DNA of 64,000 nt from Mytilus trossulus (lineage: Eukaryota): positions 92,690,001-92,754,000 of the forward strand of contig NC_086373.1 of assembly GCF_036588685.1 (NCBI RefSeq), written 5' to 3'. Positions 1 through 13,900 of this stretch are shown piece after piece. The position numbers and the translations under genes were made by a program. The notes under the pieces were generated by a model. The model made no database searches, had not been told where the DNA came from, and was given only the letters and a program-made list of their open reading frames with translations. The first letter of the stretch is position 1. Each line of letters begins with the position of its first letter.

Positions 1-129
1 TTATTTGTTAGATTAATGACCAAGCAATTTACTTTGCAGAGAAGATATATATATATATTTTTTTATAGTGTTAGTATTCAAGTACATTTCTTTTACTCAT
101 ATTGTAATATTTCTTTGTTTATTTTTGAG

Positions 130-290
130 AAAACTATCAACCTTTGGGAGGAAAAGCAGAAAATTCTAGTCAATTTAGAATGTAGTCAAGTCCACCTGAC
201 AGGTTTGTGATTCGAACCCACAACCTCAGTGTTAACAGGCTAGTGATAGAGAAGTTTTACTTACTAAGACCACTCGGCCACCAGGGTCCC
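130..290 (-). mobile_element. Degenerate tRNA-derived SINE (head and part of body)
   Basis: The minus strand has an A box (TGGCCGAGTGG) and a B box (GGTTCGAATC) but no complete cloverleaf. Confidence 0.65.
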
Positions 291-1329
291 ACACTGTATA
301 ATAATGACAGCTTTTGGATTATTAAAATTTCGTTAAATATCAGTATTAGTCCTTATGAATCTGATCTGATATATATGCTGTATAGCCTACAAACTACTTA
401 ATACATTTAAGGAAAAACTATAAAGATTTCCAAAATCCTTTAATTTTGCAATTTACCTGCAAGCAAAGCCTGTTACCAAAAAAAGATATTATGTCAGAAG
501 ATAGATTATGTATATAAGGATACTCACTTTAGTCATTGTTTTCATAAGGTTGTTCCTTTGGGGATCCAGAATATCAAATGGCAGTCCTCTTATATTTACT
601 TTTTTTATTATTAAATTCTGTTGTTGATTCAATGTTAGAACAATCCAATGAAACTATTCATTCAGTTTTGACTCTGTGTCCATTCTTACTCATATTTATA
701 AGAACACAAAAAGACATATAAAGCTAACTTTTTTCTAACAGTATTTGTACCAGGATGATATTTGTGTATTGTTGATATCTGTAGTCAAGGTAGTCAAGGG
801 AACAATATGCATGAGTATGATTAAATTATATTGTAAATCGGCATTATTGTAAGATTCTATAGCATTATATTTTAAGCCCATAAAACTTTCATTCTTTTTC
901 TCCAATGTTTTTTTTTTTCATTTTCAACTTTAATATGATATATTGCAATCATATTATATGCAATCAGATGTTATTCTACTTGTCTGAATGTTGTTATAAA
1001 TACTGCTAACATGTTATGTTTATGTTGACTTGAATTTGTATTGTTTTTTTTATGTAGACAAGAAATAAATTGTTGTTAAATATCTTGTGTTCAAACAGCA
1101 AGACAATTGTTGTTAAATATCTTGTGTTCAAATTCAATAGTGTACAAGGCCACGATGGGTCTTCAACACAGTGAGAAAATCCTGGAGCCAGAGGTGGGCC
1201 TCAGCTGGCTCCTAAATAAAAATAGTTATGTGAAAATTGACTTCATACGAAACATATGAATAAACTCAAATTAAAAACTTACAAGACTAACAAAACAGTT
1301 TGTTGAGCTCTTTGATTTGTCTGTGTTGT

Positions 1330-1535
1330 TTGATATCTCTTCAATGTACCGTCTGGTCATATAAGACGATATTTGGTATCTCTTAAATGTACCGTCTAGT
1401 CATATTAGAAGATATTTGGTATCTCTTTAATGTACCCTCTAGTCATATTAGAAGATATTTGGTATCTCTTTAATGTACCGTCTAGTCATATTAGAAGATA
1501 TTTGATATCGCTTCAATGTACCATCTGGTCATATT
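1330..1535. repeat. 43-bp minisatellite, about 4.5 copies
   Basis: Unit aatgtaccgtctagtcatattagaagatatttggtatctcttt; period 43 (1386, 1429, 1472). Confidence 0.9.
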
Positions 1536-1900
1536 GCTTCTCAAATCATTGGCTTTTACACTCATTTTCGTTTTTGAGTGTTCTTGATGTAGGAAATTCC
1601 TGCAAGGTGCTTGCTTGAGATAACCAAACGTAGAAAGTGCTATTTTTGGTTAACAAGAGTTACTGCCCCTAATTGATGATTTTGAATAATTTTTCTTGGG
1701 TTTTGGCCTTAATCATAATACATATAAACGAAGGAGATGTAGTATTCATGAATGCTAATTAGTGATCCATTAAAGTCCCAATAAAATGGATTTATGCAAT
1801 TCATGGTCACCTTACAGACTTCAACAATGAGCAAAAACAATACCATATAGTGAGCAATAAAAGGCCACAACATGACATAATGTGAATTAGTTTACACCAG

Positions 1901-3262
1901 AAACAAGAGTGCACACACTGAAATGTCTCGCCTCCTTCTACCAACCATTGATATTATGTTGATATTCCTAAATATAAAGCTTTACTAGTTATCACATAAA
2001 ATTAATATGATTCAAGAAAATCATGTCAAGGTCATATAAACCTAGCGAGAAATACCTGTACATCTTACAGTCATCGAATACACTCAATATAAATGACTAA
2101 TTGCTAATTGTGCTTATAGTTTTAAGAAACAATTTAACAAAAAAAAAACAACTTTGACCAATGAACCATGAATATGAGGTCAAGGTCAGAAGACACCTGC
2201 CAATTGGACATGTACTGTACAGCTTACAATCCTTCAATTCAACAAATATAGTTGAAAAATTGCTTATAGTACATTTCCGAGATATGGACTTGACTAAAAC
2301 TTAACCTCGTTCACTGATCAATATAATGAGGTTGAGGTCAAGTGAATACTGTCTGACGGGCATAAGGATCTTGCCAGGTACTTGTATACCAAAGGAGTAG
2401 GTCCGGTAAGGACCGATTTTGGCCTCAAATTTCAGGTTCATCTGATGAAAGATTTTGACCACTTTTTAAACACTCAAGTGTCTTATTGTATTTGATCAGT
2501 TTATGTGAAAGATTTTTAATGATTTAGTCATTAAAAATGATCCGATTCAAGCTCAAATATGAAAAATATGCCAAATATGCCGAAAATTGTCACTTTTCAG
2601 ATGGTTTTTGTCAAAAATGATAGTGGCCATATCCATGTTCATCCTCAACCTTTACATATGTTATGTATTATCAGCAAATACAACTTACACTTCAATATCA
2701 AGGATGAATACAAATGCAGCCACTTTCGTTTTACACAGAAACCGTCTAAAATTTAACTAAAATGCTAGAATTGTGAAGATTTCATTAACTTAGCATGACT
2801 TAATGACGCCAGTACCTGATATATGTGCATTATATTGTCAAAAACAGACCATATTTATGTAGCAGAAGCATTCTTCTGTCCAATAAATAACCAAAAGTTT
2901 ACATTTTAACAATTTTGTAAAACTGCTATATTTTGGGGCCAAAAAAGGGTCTTACTGGACCTACCGGTACTCCTTTTGTTATAATTTTTCAAGTTATAAG
3001 AGAAAAATTAACATAAAAAAAATCTTTACTTTTTTACAAGTATTCACTGAACAATGAAAATGAGACCAAGGACAATGGACATGTGACAGACAGAAACTTT
3101 GGAACGTAAAGCATTTATATTTTTTTTTTAAACAAATTATGTAGTAACCAAGTCTTCCACTTTCTAAAATATAAAGCCAATGAGGGGTTAGTAAATGCTT
3201 TAGCAGCCATTTCACTATCCCTATGTTGAGCTTTCTGAGACAAAAGTTGCAGGCGTGAAAAA
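1901..3262 (-). mobile_element. HINE family 3 (Helentron-type non-autonomous), interrupted by a MITE
   Basis: Termini and monomers match 42829-43912 in reverse (aacaagagtgcacac..gtctcgcct; atgaggtcaaggtca). Confidence 0.75.
2393..2974. mobile_element. TIR MITE (AGG...CCT termini, Kolobok-like) nested in a HINE
   Basis: aggagtaggtccggtaagg ... ggtcttactggacctac(cggtac)tcct; TSD not clear. Confidence 0.7.
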
Positions 3263-3500
3263 TAAGCAACGGTCAGATTTATGATGAAACAATAAATAAA
3301 AAACAGACATACCAGAGAGCAACTAACATCAACCCCTAAAATAATTCATTTTATAACTTTAATATCTTGAGTTTCCATGTATATTTCATTTGATGATTTC
3401 TTATTATGTACATGAATAGGATGTATAGAATGTTCTTCAAGCAGTAATAGCAAATATATGACAACTCTTGCTAATTTTAAGATTGTTTGCCCATTATATT

Positions 3501-4185
3501 AACAAGAGTGCACAGTCTGAAATGTCCTACATGCTTTACTACCAGTAATTTCATTTTGATAGCCAGAAATATAAAGTTTTACTACAAGTATCACATTTAA
3601 TAACTTATCATGATCCAAGAAAATGTGATCAAGGTCTGATAAACCAAGCCAGAAATGCATGTACACCTTACATTCTATACATTGAATATTGTTGACTAAT
3701 TGACTTATTGCTTATAGTTTATAAGAAACAGATGAACCTATGAAAGCTTTATATTAACCAATGCATGAATATGAGGTCAAGGTCAGATGAACCCTTCCAG
3801 ACAAACATACACTTTACAATCATTTTATCTAATAGACAGACTTAAAATTAACCAATGAACATGAAAAATAAAATGTGGTTAAGGTCAGATGATACCTGCA
3901 TGCGAACTGTGCAAGATATGCACATACTAAATATAGATCTATTGTTTAAGAGAAATTAAAAGTTTCAAAAAACTTAACTTTTAATTCATATTCACTGAAC
4001 CATGGAAATGAGGACAAGGGCAAATGACATATGACAGATTGAAACTTAATAACATGAGGCATCTATACACAAAGAAGGATGCATCCAGTTATATTTTCGA
4101 AAATATTTAGGTTTTAAGTAATTTGTTAACACTGCCACAGCCAGATCACTATCCCTAGTTCAAGCTTTCTGTGACTAAAGTCATA
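3501..4185 (-). mobile_element. Older HINE family 3 copy
   Basis: Same termini and monomers as 1901-3262, more diverged. Confidence 0.65.
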
Positions 4186-4796
4186 TTCTAAACCATTGAT
4201 ATTAAGTATGCTTCTGAGCGTGTATCCAGGATTTGATGAAGGTTGGTCAAGATGCATACAAGTTTCTTCATAGGGGGTAATGGTAAAGTTTTCTTCTGTT
4301 GCTCAGTCGATATCGTTTACTTGGATATGTATGATGGCTCATTTCGACGCCGAGACATTTTCACATTTGGTTATAATTTTGGGTTAAGAAATGAGATTTC
4401 TTTTTTCGTAAATTAGCAAACCCCGAGTATCCTTTGTGAAGCGGCTCCTCATGGTAAAAAATACCATTTTTAACACAAGAAGTTGTTAGAAATTTAATAC
4501 TTTGAAAACATTTATAGCTCCATAGTTTTAACACATTTATTCTGTGTTCCTCTACTTTCTAAATTAACACAAGTGGTTCAGCTCAGTCATTTGCTTATCA
4601 AGAAATGTGTCAAATATCACTACACGACTTTTGAGTGCCTCATTTCAAGGTGCATTAGGGATATTGTTCCAAGTGTGGGCGTCTCCTACAAACTGAGAGC
4701 AAGAGGACCAAATTTTCTCAAAGAATTGGTTTTAATTTTTTTCTCCAATAAATTACTTGTGTTTAGGGGAGGGACTCAAGTAGTGGGTATCATATA

Positions 4797-5110
4797 TAGT
4801 CTCTAAAGAACCTGCGTTGCTCACCTTGGTCAATGTGCATCTTCAATGATTGACATAAGTCACACATTTGTGGACTGAAATAAAATTCATGACCAGTCTA
4901 TTTACTGTTGATCTTGTGATGCTGATCCTTTTTTATGTTTACAGTTTTTCATTTTTTTCTTTCTTCTGGCAAAAAACACAACAAAGGGTCTTTTACTGCA
5001 ATCACTCCTATGAAGAGTCTACAAAATATTTCAGCAAAATCTTACTTATTTGTAGATCTTGTGAAGTTATCTAGCTGGTCATTTTTGACTAATTCTCTTA
5101 TAGTTTTCAT
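4797..5110 (-). mobile_element. Degraded 3' end of HINE family 1
   Basis: tctctaaagaacctgcgttgctcaccttggtc resembles 8773 onward. Confidence 0.6.
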
Positions 5111-5139
5111 GATAACAGGCAAACTAACCATGTCATGTT

Positions 5140-5430
5140 ATTTGTGTGTCTGTCCCAAGTCATGAGCATGTAATTCAGAGGTTGTCATTTTTTCTGTAAA
5201 TCATATTTATTTTACGTTTTTAGTTGTGTACATGAATTAGGCCATACATATTCTCTATTGGAATGTTTTGCATTTGTCATGTGTCATTTTACAGCTAACA
5301 ATGTGGTATGAATTTTGTTCATTGTTGAAGGCGTTAGTGTGATCTTTAGTTGTAAACTTCTACTTTATTTGGTCTCAGGTTGAGAGTTGTCTTATTGGCA
5401 ATCATACCACATCTTCTTATTTCTATATAA
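5140..5430 (+). mobile_element. SINE body and 3' tail (Nin/Deu-domain-like). Related copies at about 14386-14657, 24600-24800, 1700-1900(-), 44370-44430, 53415-53455, 55630-55680
   Basis: The motif tgtcccaagtca(g/t)gagc..gtaattcag and the tail gttgtctcattggcaatcataccacatct recur through the window. The family name is from recall. Confidence 0.6.
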
Positions 5431-5641
5431 GGGCATTGCAGTATACCCTTTGCTTTGTGAGTCGAGTGCATAATTTTATGCTCATAATAAAAATATTAAT
5501 ATAATAATAATAATTATAATAGTCTATCACAGTTTATGTGGTGTTATGTGAATTAATACTGTAAATTAAAAGTTATTGCGATTTTTTAAGATTGGAGATG
5601 AATGCAATATTTATAATGCGAATTCAGGAAAAGCTGCACAC

Positions 5642-6384
5642 AGATCATCATTATATGCATCAGATATATCATTACATGCATCAGATATATCATTATATGC
5701 ATCAGATATATCATTATATGCATCAGATATATCATTATATGCATCAGATATATCATTATATGCATCAGTTATATCATTATATGCACCAGATATATCATTA
5801 TATGCATCAGTTATATCATTATATGCATCAGATATATCATTATATGCATCAGATATATCATTATATGCATCAGATATATCATTATATGCATCAGTTATAT
5901 CATTATATGCACCAGATATATATCATTATATGCATCAGATATATCATTATATGCATCAGATATATCATTATATGCATCAGATATATCATTATATGCATCA
6001 GATATATCATTATATGCATCAGATATATCATTATATGCACCAGATATATCATTATATGCATCAGATATATCATTATATGCATCAGATATATCATTATATG
6101 CATCAGATATATCATTATATGCATCAGTTATATCATTATATGCATCAGATATATCATTATATGCACCAGATATATCATTATATGCATCAGATATATCATT
6201 ATATGCATCAGATATATCATTATATGCATCAGATATATCATTATATTCATCAGATATATCATTATATGCATTAGATATATCATTATATGCATCAGATATA
6301 TCATTATATGCATCAGATATATCATTATATGCATCAGATATATCATTATATGCATCAGATATATCATTATATGCACCAGATATC
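5642..6384. repeat. 21-bp minisatellite, about 35 copies (atatatcattatatgcatcag)
   Basis: Seen directly. It explains the spurious repetitive ORFs at 5576-6419. Confidence 0.97.
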
Positions 6385-8771
6385 AGAATGCTAGTTCTTA
6401 TTATTAGGATTCCTTCCAATTCCCATTATTTTGCATTAATAAAAACCTCACAATAATTTCTGAATTTACAGTATTCATTTATGGAATTCATAATTTTTTT
6501 TGCTGATATTTAGCATTAAAAAGAACAACTCAAGCGTTTTATAGGAATTTAATTATAAAATACAATGAATATCAACATATCTGTATATCTCTTATCTACA
6601 AAAAACAACATCACTACAATTAGAAAACAAAAGAAATTTTGGCAACTGCGATTTCTTTCAAATGTCATTAATGTACATGTCTTTTATCATCTGGTCAAGC
6701 TATTTCCACCACTGAAAAATTCTAAAAGGTCAAATTTTGATCATTTCCTTTCAATTGGTATAGTCAAATTAACTTCCTGTTTTATCCAAGTTTTTCCTGA
6801 TTTTAGAGTTTTTTTTCTATTTCTTTACAGTCAAATGACTGTCCATTATCCTACACTTTTTGTAATATCTTTATTCAAAGGGAGATAATCTCAATATTTT
6901 CCTTTTTCACAGATAAATATATTAGTTATTTAAAAAATTCACTGTAGAAACAATGAAACTAATGATTCTAAAATATTCAGATGATACATTAAAATTGATC
7001 TTCTGCTTTGTCTCAATTATTTCAACATGTCAGCATTAATCTGTGACAAACCACTCTACACATATGATTCCTGAGATGTTTATGAATATCAATAAATTTC
7101 ACACACATCAAATAAAAAATCATCAAACTTAGCAATGTTTCAAATGAAAATCTTTCAAATTACAACACATCTGAATATTGTTTGAATTGTCAGTTTGAAT
7201 TGATGTTATCAAAATTTTAAGGTATTCCTGCATAACAAGATTAACAATTCAAGCACAGAAGAAAGTTTGTTTGCATAACAATTAAGTATTTATTTGTTTG
7301 CATTACAATTGCAAGTATTTATTAACTGTATTTTGGTCAAATATTTGCAGACCTCAGCCATGATTATGCAGTTGTCAGACATCTAAATTTGCTACAAGAA
7401 TAAAAGCACAATATAAAGTCATTCCTTAATCTTAGGTTTATTATGGCTTGAAATTATATTGATAATGATGAAAGGCTGATAAAAAACACATACACATATT
7501 TTCAAATGAATCTAGAACCCAAATGCATTAAAAGTAGTGACATGATCTGTACTTTTCGATATACAAAGCATAACCTTCAATTTTTTCATTATCTCCTGTT
7601 CTCAAATTGACAAAATAAACTTTTGATTTCACTACAATCACATACACATATCACAATGATCTACGAATGCATAAACCTGTTTATATTACAAATATAACAG
7701 ACACAAAAATCTTATCACTATAAAGTCACAATTTGTTTTATAAATCAAAGTTTCGATAAAATTTGTAATTCAAATACCATCCTGTGAAGTATTCCTTGTG
7801 CATGGATGTTTATCTCTCTCACTATATCAGATTGTTGAAGAAGTTATTAATTAGTCAATTTACATTTCAATTAAAAAGTGCTGATGTAACATATTTGGAC
7901 CCAGATTAACATTGTTTAAGATCATCAATTGCAAACATAATGCTGACATACTAACGTATATCTTGTGACAAACAATACTGAATGACAAAAAGAAAACATG
8001 AAAACATAAGTATGATTTTCAATTTAAACAAGGTAAAAATAAGAACCATTATGCTTCGGGTTATTGGACATTTAATTTTTAAACCATCAATATATAATTC
8101 CCCATTTATTTAATCAATCAAATCTATGAACTCAAATATATTGATACAATTTTTGAAAACAATGTGAGGAGGTCATTATCAATAATTTTGTAGAATCTGT
8201 TTAAGTTTACATGTCTCTCCTTCATTTATAGAAGTCACTTCAATAATGGAAAGGCTGAAATCTATGTTGCTCTGGAAAATTGTGGTACTCAACTTTGACT
8301 TTTTCAACGAGTTTTAAATATCTTATCCTACGTTTCTTTTCATAATATTAAAATTGTCAACATAGAATTATTATTTGGCAAATAATAGTCAGCAAACTAG
8401 CTTCTTTGTAAAGAAGTCGTTTCATATTATGAAAACAAATATTAAGCACTTTAAATTGGATTTTTAAATTTCAAAAAAGTTAATTGACTTGTGTATATAC
8501 AAATATATGAGGAAAACACAAAATGATAAAATAAAATTAGCTGACTAAATAAACTTGTTCTTGGCAATTAATATTTACATACATCATTTTCCTTATCAAT
8601 TCTTATATTGTACATGTATCAAAAGATTTTGGAATAACCTCTATTATTTACTGACAATTATACTGACAATCAAAATTAGAAATGTTCAGATCTATAGAGT
8701 TCATTTAGTAGTCTTTTCATTTGTATATCAGAAGTCATTATTTAGCATGTTCCATATAACAACATCATGAA

Positions 8772-10540
8772 ACTAGAGGCTCTAAAGAGCCTGTGTCGCT
8801 CACCTTGGTCTATGTGCATATTAAACAAAGGACACAAATGGATTCATGACAAAATTGTATTTTGGTGATGGTGATGTGTTTGAAGTTCTTACTTTACTGA
8901 ACGATTTTGCTTCTTACAATTATATCTATCATGAACTTTGCCCATTAGTAACAGAGAACTATATTTGGTAAAAATTTACATAAATTTACCAAATTAATGA
9001 AAATTGTTAAAAATTGACTATAAAGGGCAATAACTCCTTAAGGGGTCAATTGACCATTTAGGTCATGTTGACTTATTTGTAGATCTTACTTTGCTGAACA
9101 TTATTGCTGTTTACAGTTTATCGCTATCTATAATAGTATTCAAGATAACCAAAAACGGCAAAATTTCTTTAAAAATTACCAATTGGAGGGCAGCAACCCA
9201 ACAACCAGTTGTCCAATTCATCTGAAAAATTCAGGGCAGATAGATATTGACTTGATTAACAATTTAACTTCTTGTCAGATTTGCTCTAGATGCTTTGGTT
9301 TCATAGTTATAAGCAAAAAACTGCATTTTACCCCTATGTTCTATTTTTAGCCGTGGCGGCCATCTTGGTTGAATGGCCAGGTCATCGGACACATTTTTCA
9401 AACTAGATACCCCAAAAATGATTGTGGCCTAGTAGTTTCAGTGGAGATTTTGTAAAAGATTACTTAGATTTATGAAAAATGGTTAAAGATTGACTATAAA
9501 GGGCAATAACTCCTAAAGGGGTCAACTGACCATTTTGGTCATGTTGACTTATTTGTAGATCTTACTTTGCTGAACATTATTGCTGTTTACAATTTATCTC
9601 TATCTATAATAATATTCAAGATAATAACCAAAAACAGCAAAATTTCCTCAAAATTACCAATTCAGGGGCGGCAACCCAACAACCGATTGACCGATTCATC
9701 TGAAAATTTCAGGGCAGATAGTTCTTGACCTGATAAACATTTTTATCCCATGTCAGATTTCCTCAAAATGCTTTGGTTTTTGAGTTATAAGCCAAAAACT
9801 GCATTTTACCCCTTTGTTCTATTTTTAGCCGTGGCGGCCATCTTGGTTGGTTGACCAGGTCACGCCACACATTTTTTAAACTAGATACCCCAAAGATGAT
9901 TGTGGTCAAGTTTGGATTAATTTGGCCAAGTAGTTTCAGAGGAGAAGATTTTTGTAAAAGATTACTTTAATTAACGAAAAATGGTTAAAAATTGACTATA
10001 AAGGGCAATAACTCCTAAACGGGTCAACTGACCATTTTAGTCATGTTGACTTATTTGTAGATTTACTTTGCTGAACATTATTGCTGTTTACAGTTTATCT
10101 CTAACTATAATAATATTCAAGATAATAACCAAAAACAGCAAAATTTCTTCAAAATTACCAATTCAGGGGCAGCAACCCAACAACCGATTGACCGATTCAT
10201 CTGAAAATTTCAGGGCAGATAGATCTTGACCTGATAAACATTTTTACCCCATGTCAGATTTGCTCTAAATGCTTTGGTTTTTGAGTTATAAGCCAAAAAC
10301 TGCATTTTACCCCTATGTTCTATTTTTAGCCGTGGCGGCCATCTTGGTTGGTTGACCGGGTCACGCCACACATTTTTTAAACTAGATACCCCAATGATGA
10401 TTGTGGCCAAGTTTGGTTTGATTTGGCCCAGTAGTTTCAGAGGAGAAGATTTTTGTAAAAGTTAACGACGACGACGACGGACGACGGACGCCAAGTGATG
10501 AGAAAAGCTCACTTGGCCCTTCGGGCCAGGTGAGCTAAAA
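8772..10540 (-). mobile_element. HINE family 1, full length, young
   Basis: On the minus strand: T-run, GCTCACCT subTIR with hairpin (ggcccgaagggcc), (GTC)n microsatellite, about 3 monomers of 476-503 bp, AGGTGAGC subTIR, palindrome aggctctttagagcct, then TT. No TSD. Confidence 0.88.
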
Positions 10541-10833
10541 AATGTAGTAAATTGAATCAAAATAAGCTTTTCCTTGTTTAATACAGTAAAATTATTCATA
10601 ATGTATTCATATTCACTACATTAATGTTTAGAAGAGTATAAAACAACTAAACTGTACAATATAATAAATAATGATATGTGTCCTCAGTGTTGAATCTAAG
10701 TGGAAACAATAAAACATAACATCGTGTAACCACTCATCTAAGGAGGGCCAGGAACAAACACTAGAATCTGTATCACACCAGTCAGAAACTCTCGTATAAC
10801 ATTTCCCCTTATTATACAATCCTCTGCTTATAT

Positions 10834-10962
10834 CTAACTACTAATATCTGTAGCTAGACAATCTCCAAGTGTTAGACGGTAACTAGCAATCTGTGTTATA
10901 CCATGGTAATGAACAAACGCTGCAGCCAGAACAAACATATGAAATATCTGATGACTCTGACA
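10834..10962 (-). CDS. ADIPOR: AdipoR last coding exon (CQSHQIFHMFVLAAAFVHYHGITQIASYRLTLGDCLATDISS*)
   Basis: Translated by hand because it is absent from the ORF track. It carries the SHQIFH Zn motif, a TAG stop at 10836-10834 and a pyrimidine-rich acceptor. Confidence 0.93.
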   Translation of the reverse strand, partial: CQSHQIFHMFVLAAAFVHYHGITQIASYRLTLGDCLATDISS

Positions 10963-13900
10963 CTAAAAAATAGAAAAAAAGATCATAAGAATTGATCAAA
11001 CTTAAAATCTACTTCTGATTTTAATTTGTGAAACAGATTTTTTAGGTCATGTAAACCTTGTAAATACAAAAATATACATCAGATGATTGTCTTGACTTGA
11101 CATTGATAAACATTGGTTTTCTTCAAATATGTCATTTTTTTATAGAAATAGTAAATAGTTACAACTGATAAGTTGGTGAAGTTATGGTAAAGAAATCTGT
11201 CATTATCAATTTTGGTAAACTTGCATTTGTTATACTGAAAAAGGGCTCAGTAGTTGTGGCACACTATTTTCCTGTTGCATAACATAACACATTTCGATCT
11301 ATCAATCAAATAATTCTTTGGCAAGAAACCCTGTAAACACTTAAGTTTTGCTTGAATTTTCATTTAACTTTATAATAGACAAATCTTGAAAATTAAAACT
11401 ACACATTTCAGTGAAAATATTGCCAAATGAGGCCCATTTTTAAACCATATATTTAAACAGTAATTAATATATTCACTAGTAACTTACCCAAATGTCAAAT
11501 TTTCCTGGATATATTCTTTCTGGCACTCTGAATGCATAAATGAGCGCCCCCACAATATACAGTACAGCCATCAGACAAAGCCAGCCTAGCGAGGCATTGT
11601 TCACAGCTTGGTCAAACCCATCAGATATAACAAAATGTAAGGCTGGAATCACTCCACTTAATCCAAGTGCTATAAACATTCCTGTAAACAAAAACAAACT
11701 ATGCCATAAAAACTTTATCTAACAGTGTACAATTATGATATTGGTAAATAATGTTGGTATCTAGCAGTATATAATGATAAAATTGGCAAACAATGATTGT
11801 ATCTAGCAGTGAACAACGATGATATTGGCAAACAATGATTGTATCTAGCAGTGTACACTGTTAATATTGGCAAACAATGATTGTATCTAGCAGTCTGTAC
11901 TGATGATATTGGCAAACAATGTTGGTATCTAGCAGTGTACACTGATGATATTGGCAAACGATAATGATATCTAGCAGTGTTCAATGATGATATTGGCAAA
12001 CAATGTTGATATCTAGCAGTGTTCAATGATGATATTGACAAACAATGATTGTATCTAGCAGTATACACTGATGATATTGGCAAACAATGATTGTATCTTA
12101 CAGTGTACAAAAATGATATCTAGCAGTGTACAATGATGATATTGGCAAACGATAATGATATCTAGCAGTGTACAATGATGATATTGGCAAAGTATAATGA
12201 TATCTAGCAGTGTTCAATGATGATATTGGCAAACAGTAATGATATCTAGCAGTGTTCAATGATGATATTGGCAAACGTTACTGAAATCTAGCAGTGTGCA
12301 ATGATGTTATTGGCAAACAATAATGATATCTAGCAGTGTTCAATGATATTATTGGCAAAAGATCTAGCAGTGTTCAATGATGATATTGGCAAATGATAAT
12401 GATATCTAGCAGTGTTCAATGATGTTATTGGCAAACGATTATGATATCTAGCAGTGTTCAATGATGATATTGGCAAAAGATAATGATATCTAGCAGTGTT
12501 TAATGATAATATTGGCAAACAATGACCGTATAAAGCAGTGTTCAATGATGATATTGGCAAAAGATAATGATATCTAGCAGTGTTCAATGATGATATTGGC
12601 AAACGATAATGATATCTGGCAGTGTTCAATGATGATATTGGCAAACAATAATGATATCTAGCAGTGTTTAATGATAATATTTGCAAACTATAATGATATC
12701 TAGCAGTGTTCAATGATGACATTGGCAACAATTATGATATCAAGCAGTGTTCAATGATGGTATTAGCAAAATATGATGATATCTAGCAGTGTTCAATGAT
12801 GATATTGGCAAAGGATAATGATATCTAGCAGTGTTTAATGATAATATTGGCAAACAATGAATGTATAAAGCAGTGTACAATGATAATACATGTATTGGTA
12901 GACAATAATCATATGTAGCAGTGTTCAGATAATATTGGCAATCAATTATCACAAATCTTATCAGTAAACAGTTCATGTAAACATGCTTAACAAGTGGCCA
13001 CATAAATATATGTCAAATCAAAATATTGAACTCCTTTTTCCCTCAATTGAAAAACTGCCTTTTTTTGTTTGATGGAAACTATAAAAAAGCTTAAAACAGG
13101 AAAATGGATTATTGGAGGACAGAATTTATGATTTTCTCTTCATTATTTTTTGTATTTGCAAACTTTTTGTTTTCTAAATTATATGTTCCTGATGTAAATC
13201 AGTGCAAAGAATATCAGACTTAAACTTGAAAAATAATAATTTTCTTGCATCACTTAATTATTGTTTGTTATTACCTGCTCTTATTCCTCTGAATTGTGGC
13301 TCCCTGAACTTATCAAAGAGAGAAACAACAATACAGATAGTTCCTAGAACAAAGATCAGTACCAAGTAGGCAATTTTCGGTACAAGACGACAGTAAAAAC
13401 TGTAGTACAGCCAAGGTACAAATGATCCCATGGTCAGTATGGCAATTCCACAATAGTCCAACCTACAAAACATAAAAACTTTGTGAACAAATATTAGGTT
13501 GTTAGTTGGTTGTTTATTTTGCAACTGCCGTTATAAATTAATGATAACATGATTCTAGAATTGTAAGTTACACCAGTAAAATGTAAACATGATCTGTGTA
13601 TTGTGGTAATAGGCATTGTGTATAAGTCAAGTTTTATAACATTTGGTTGAGGCAAACTAAAGTTAGAGAACAGGGAAAAAAATATTCAGCAATTTCAAAT
13701 GGTGTATATCTTAAAATTATCATAAAATGCACATCCTACATTTATAACAAATCTATTTTCTTTTTTGTAGATCACAGTTAAAACATTTTCTACCATGTGA
13801 GAAGAGGAAGAATTTTTGATGGGAGTTTTCCAATTTTTTTATTCATCTTATAGGAAATTGGTCCCGACAATAACAATTTTCCTTATGTTATAAGTTTGCT

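Noticed and set aside
200-290. tRNA gene
   Set aside because: A and B boxes are present, but there is no proper acceptor or anticodon stem and it runs into a SINE body.
4270-4790. CpG-richer segment, possibly a mobile element
   Set aside because: No termini, second copy or coding signal could be identified.
5576-6419. Long ORFs of 174-271 aa
   Set aside because: By-products of a 21-bp tandem repeat, open on both strands, with no gene context.
10210-10410. Near-identical 66-aa ORFs here and at 26282-26482
   Set aside because: They lie within HINE-1 monomers; the identity reflects element duplication, not coding constraint.
5642-12940. Common origin or pairing of the 21-bp and 42-bp arrays (shared agatat..cattat in opposite orientation)
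   Set aside because: The match is short and AT-rich; chance similarity is likely.
11733-13003. TARY-repeat ORFs, or a CRISPR-like or C/D snoRNA array (ATGATGA in each unit)
   Set aside because: Pure 42-bp tandem repeat with no unique spacers, no cas genes and no consistent D box; the C-box-like strand is antisense to the host gene.
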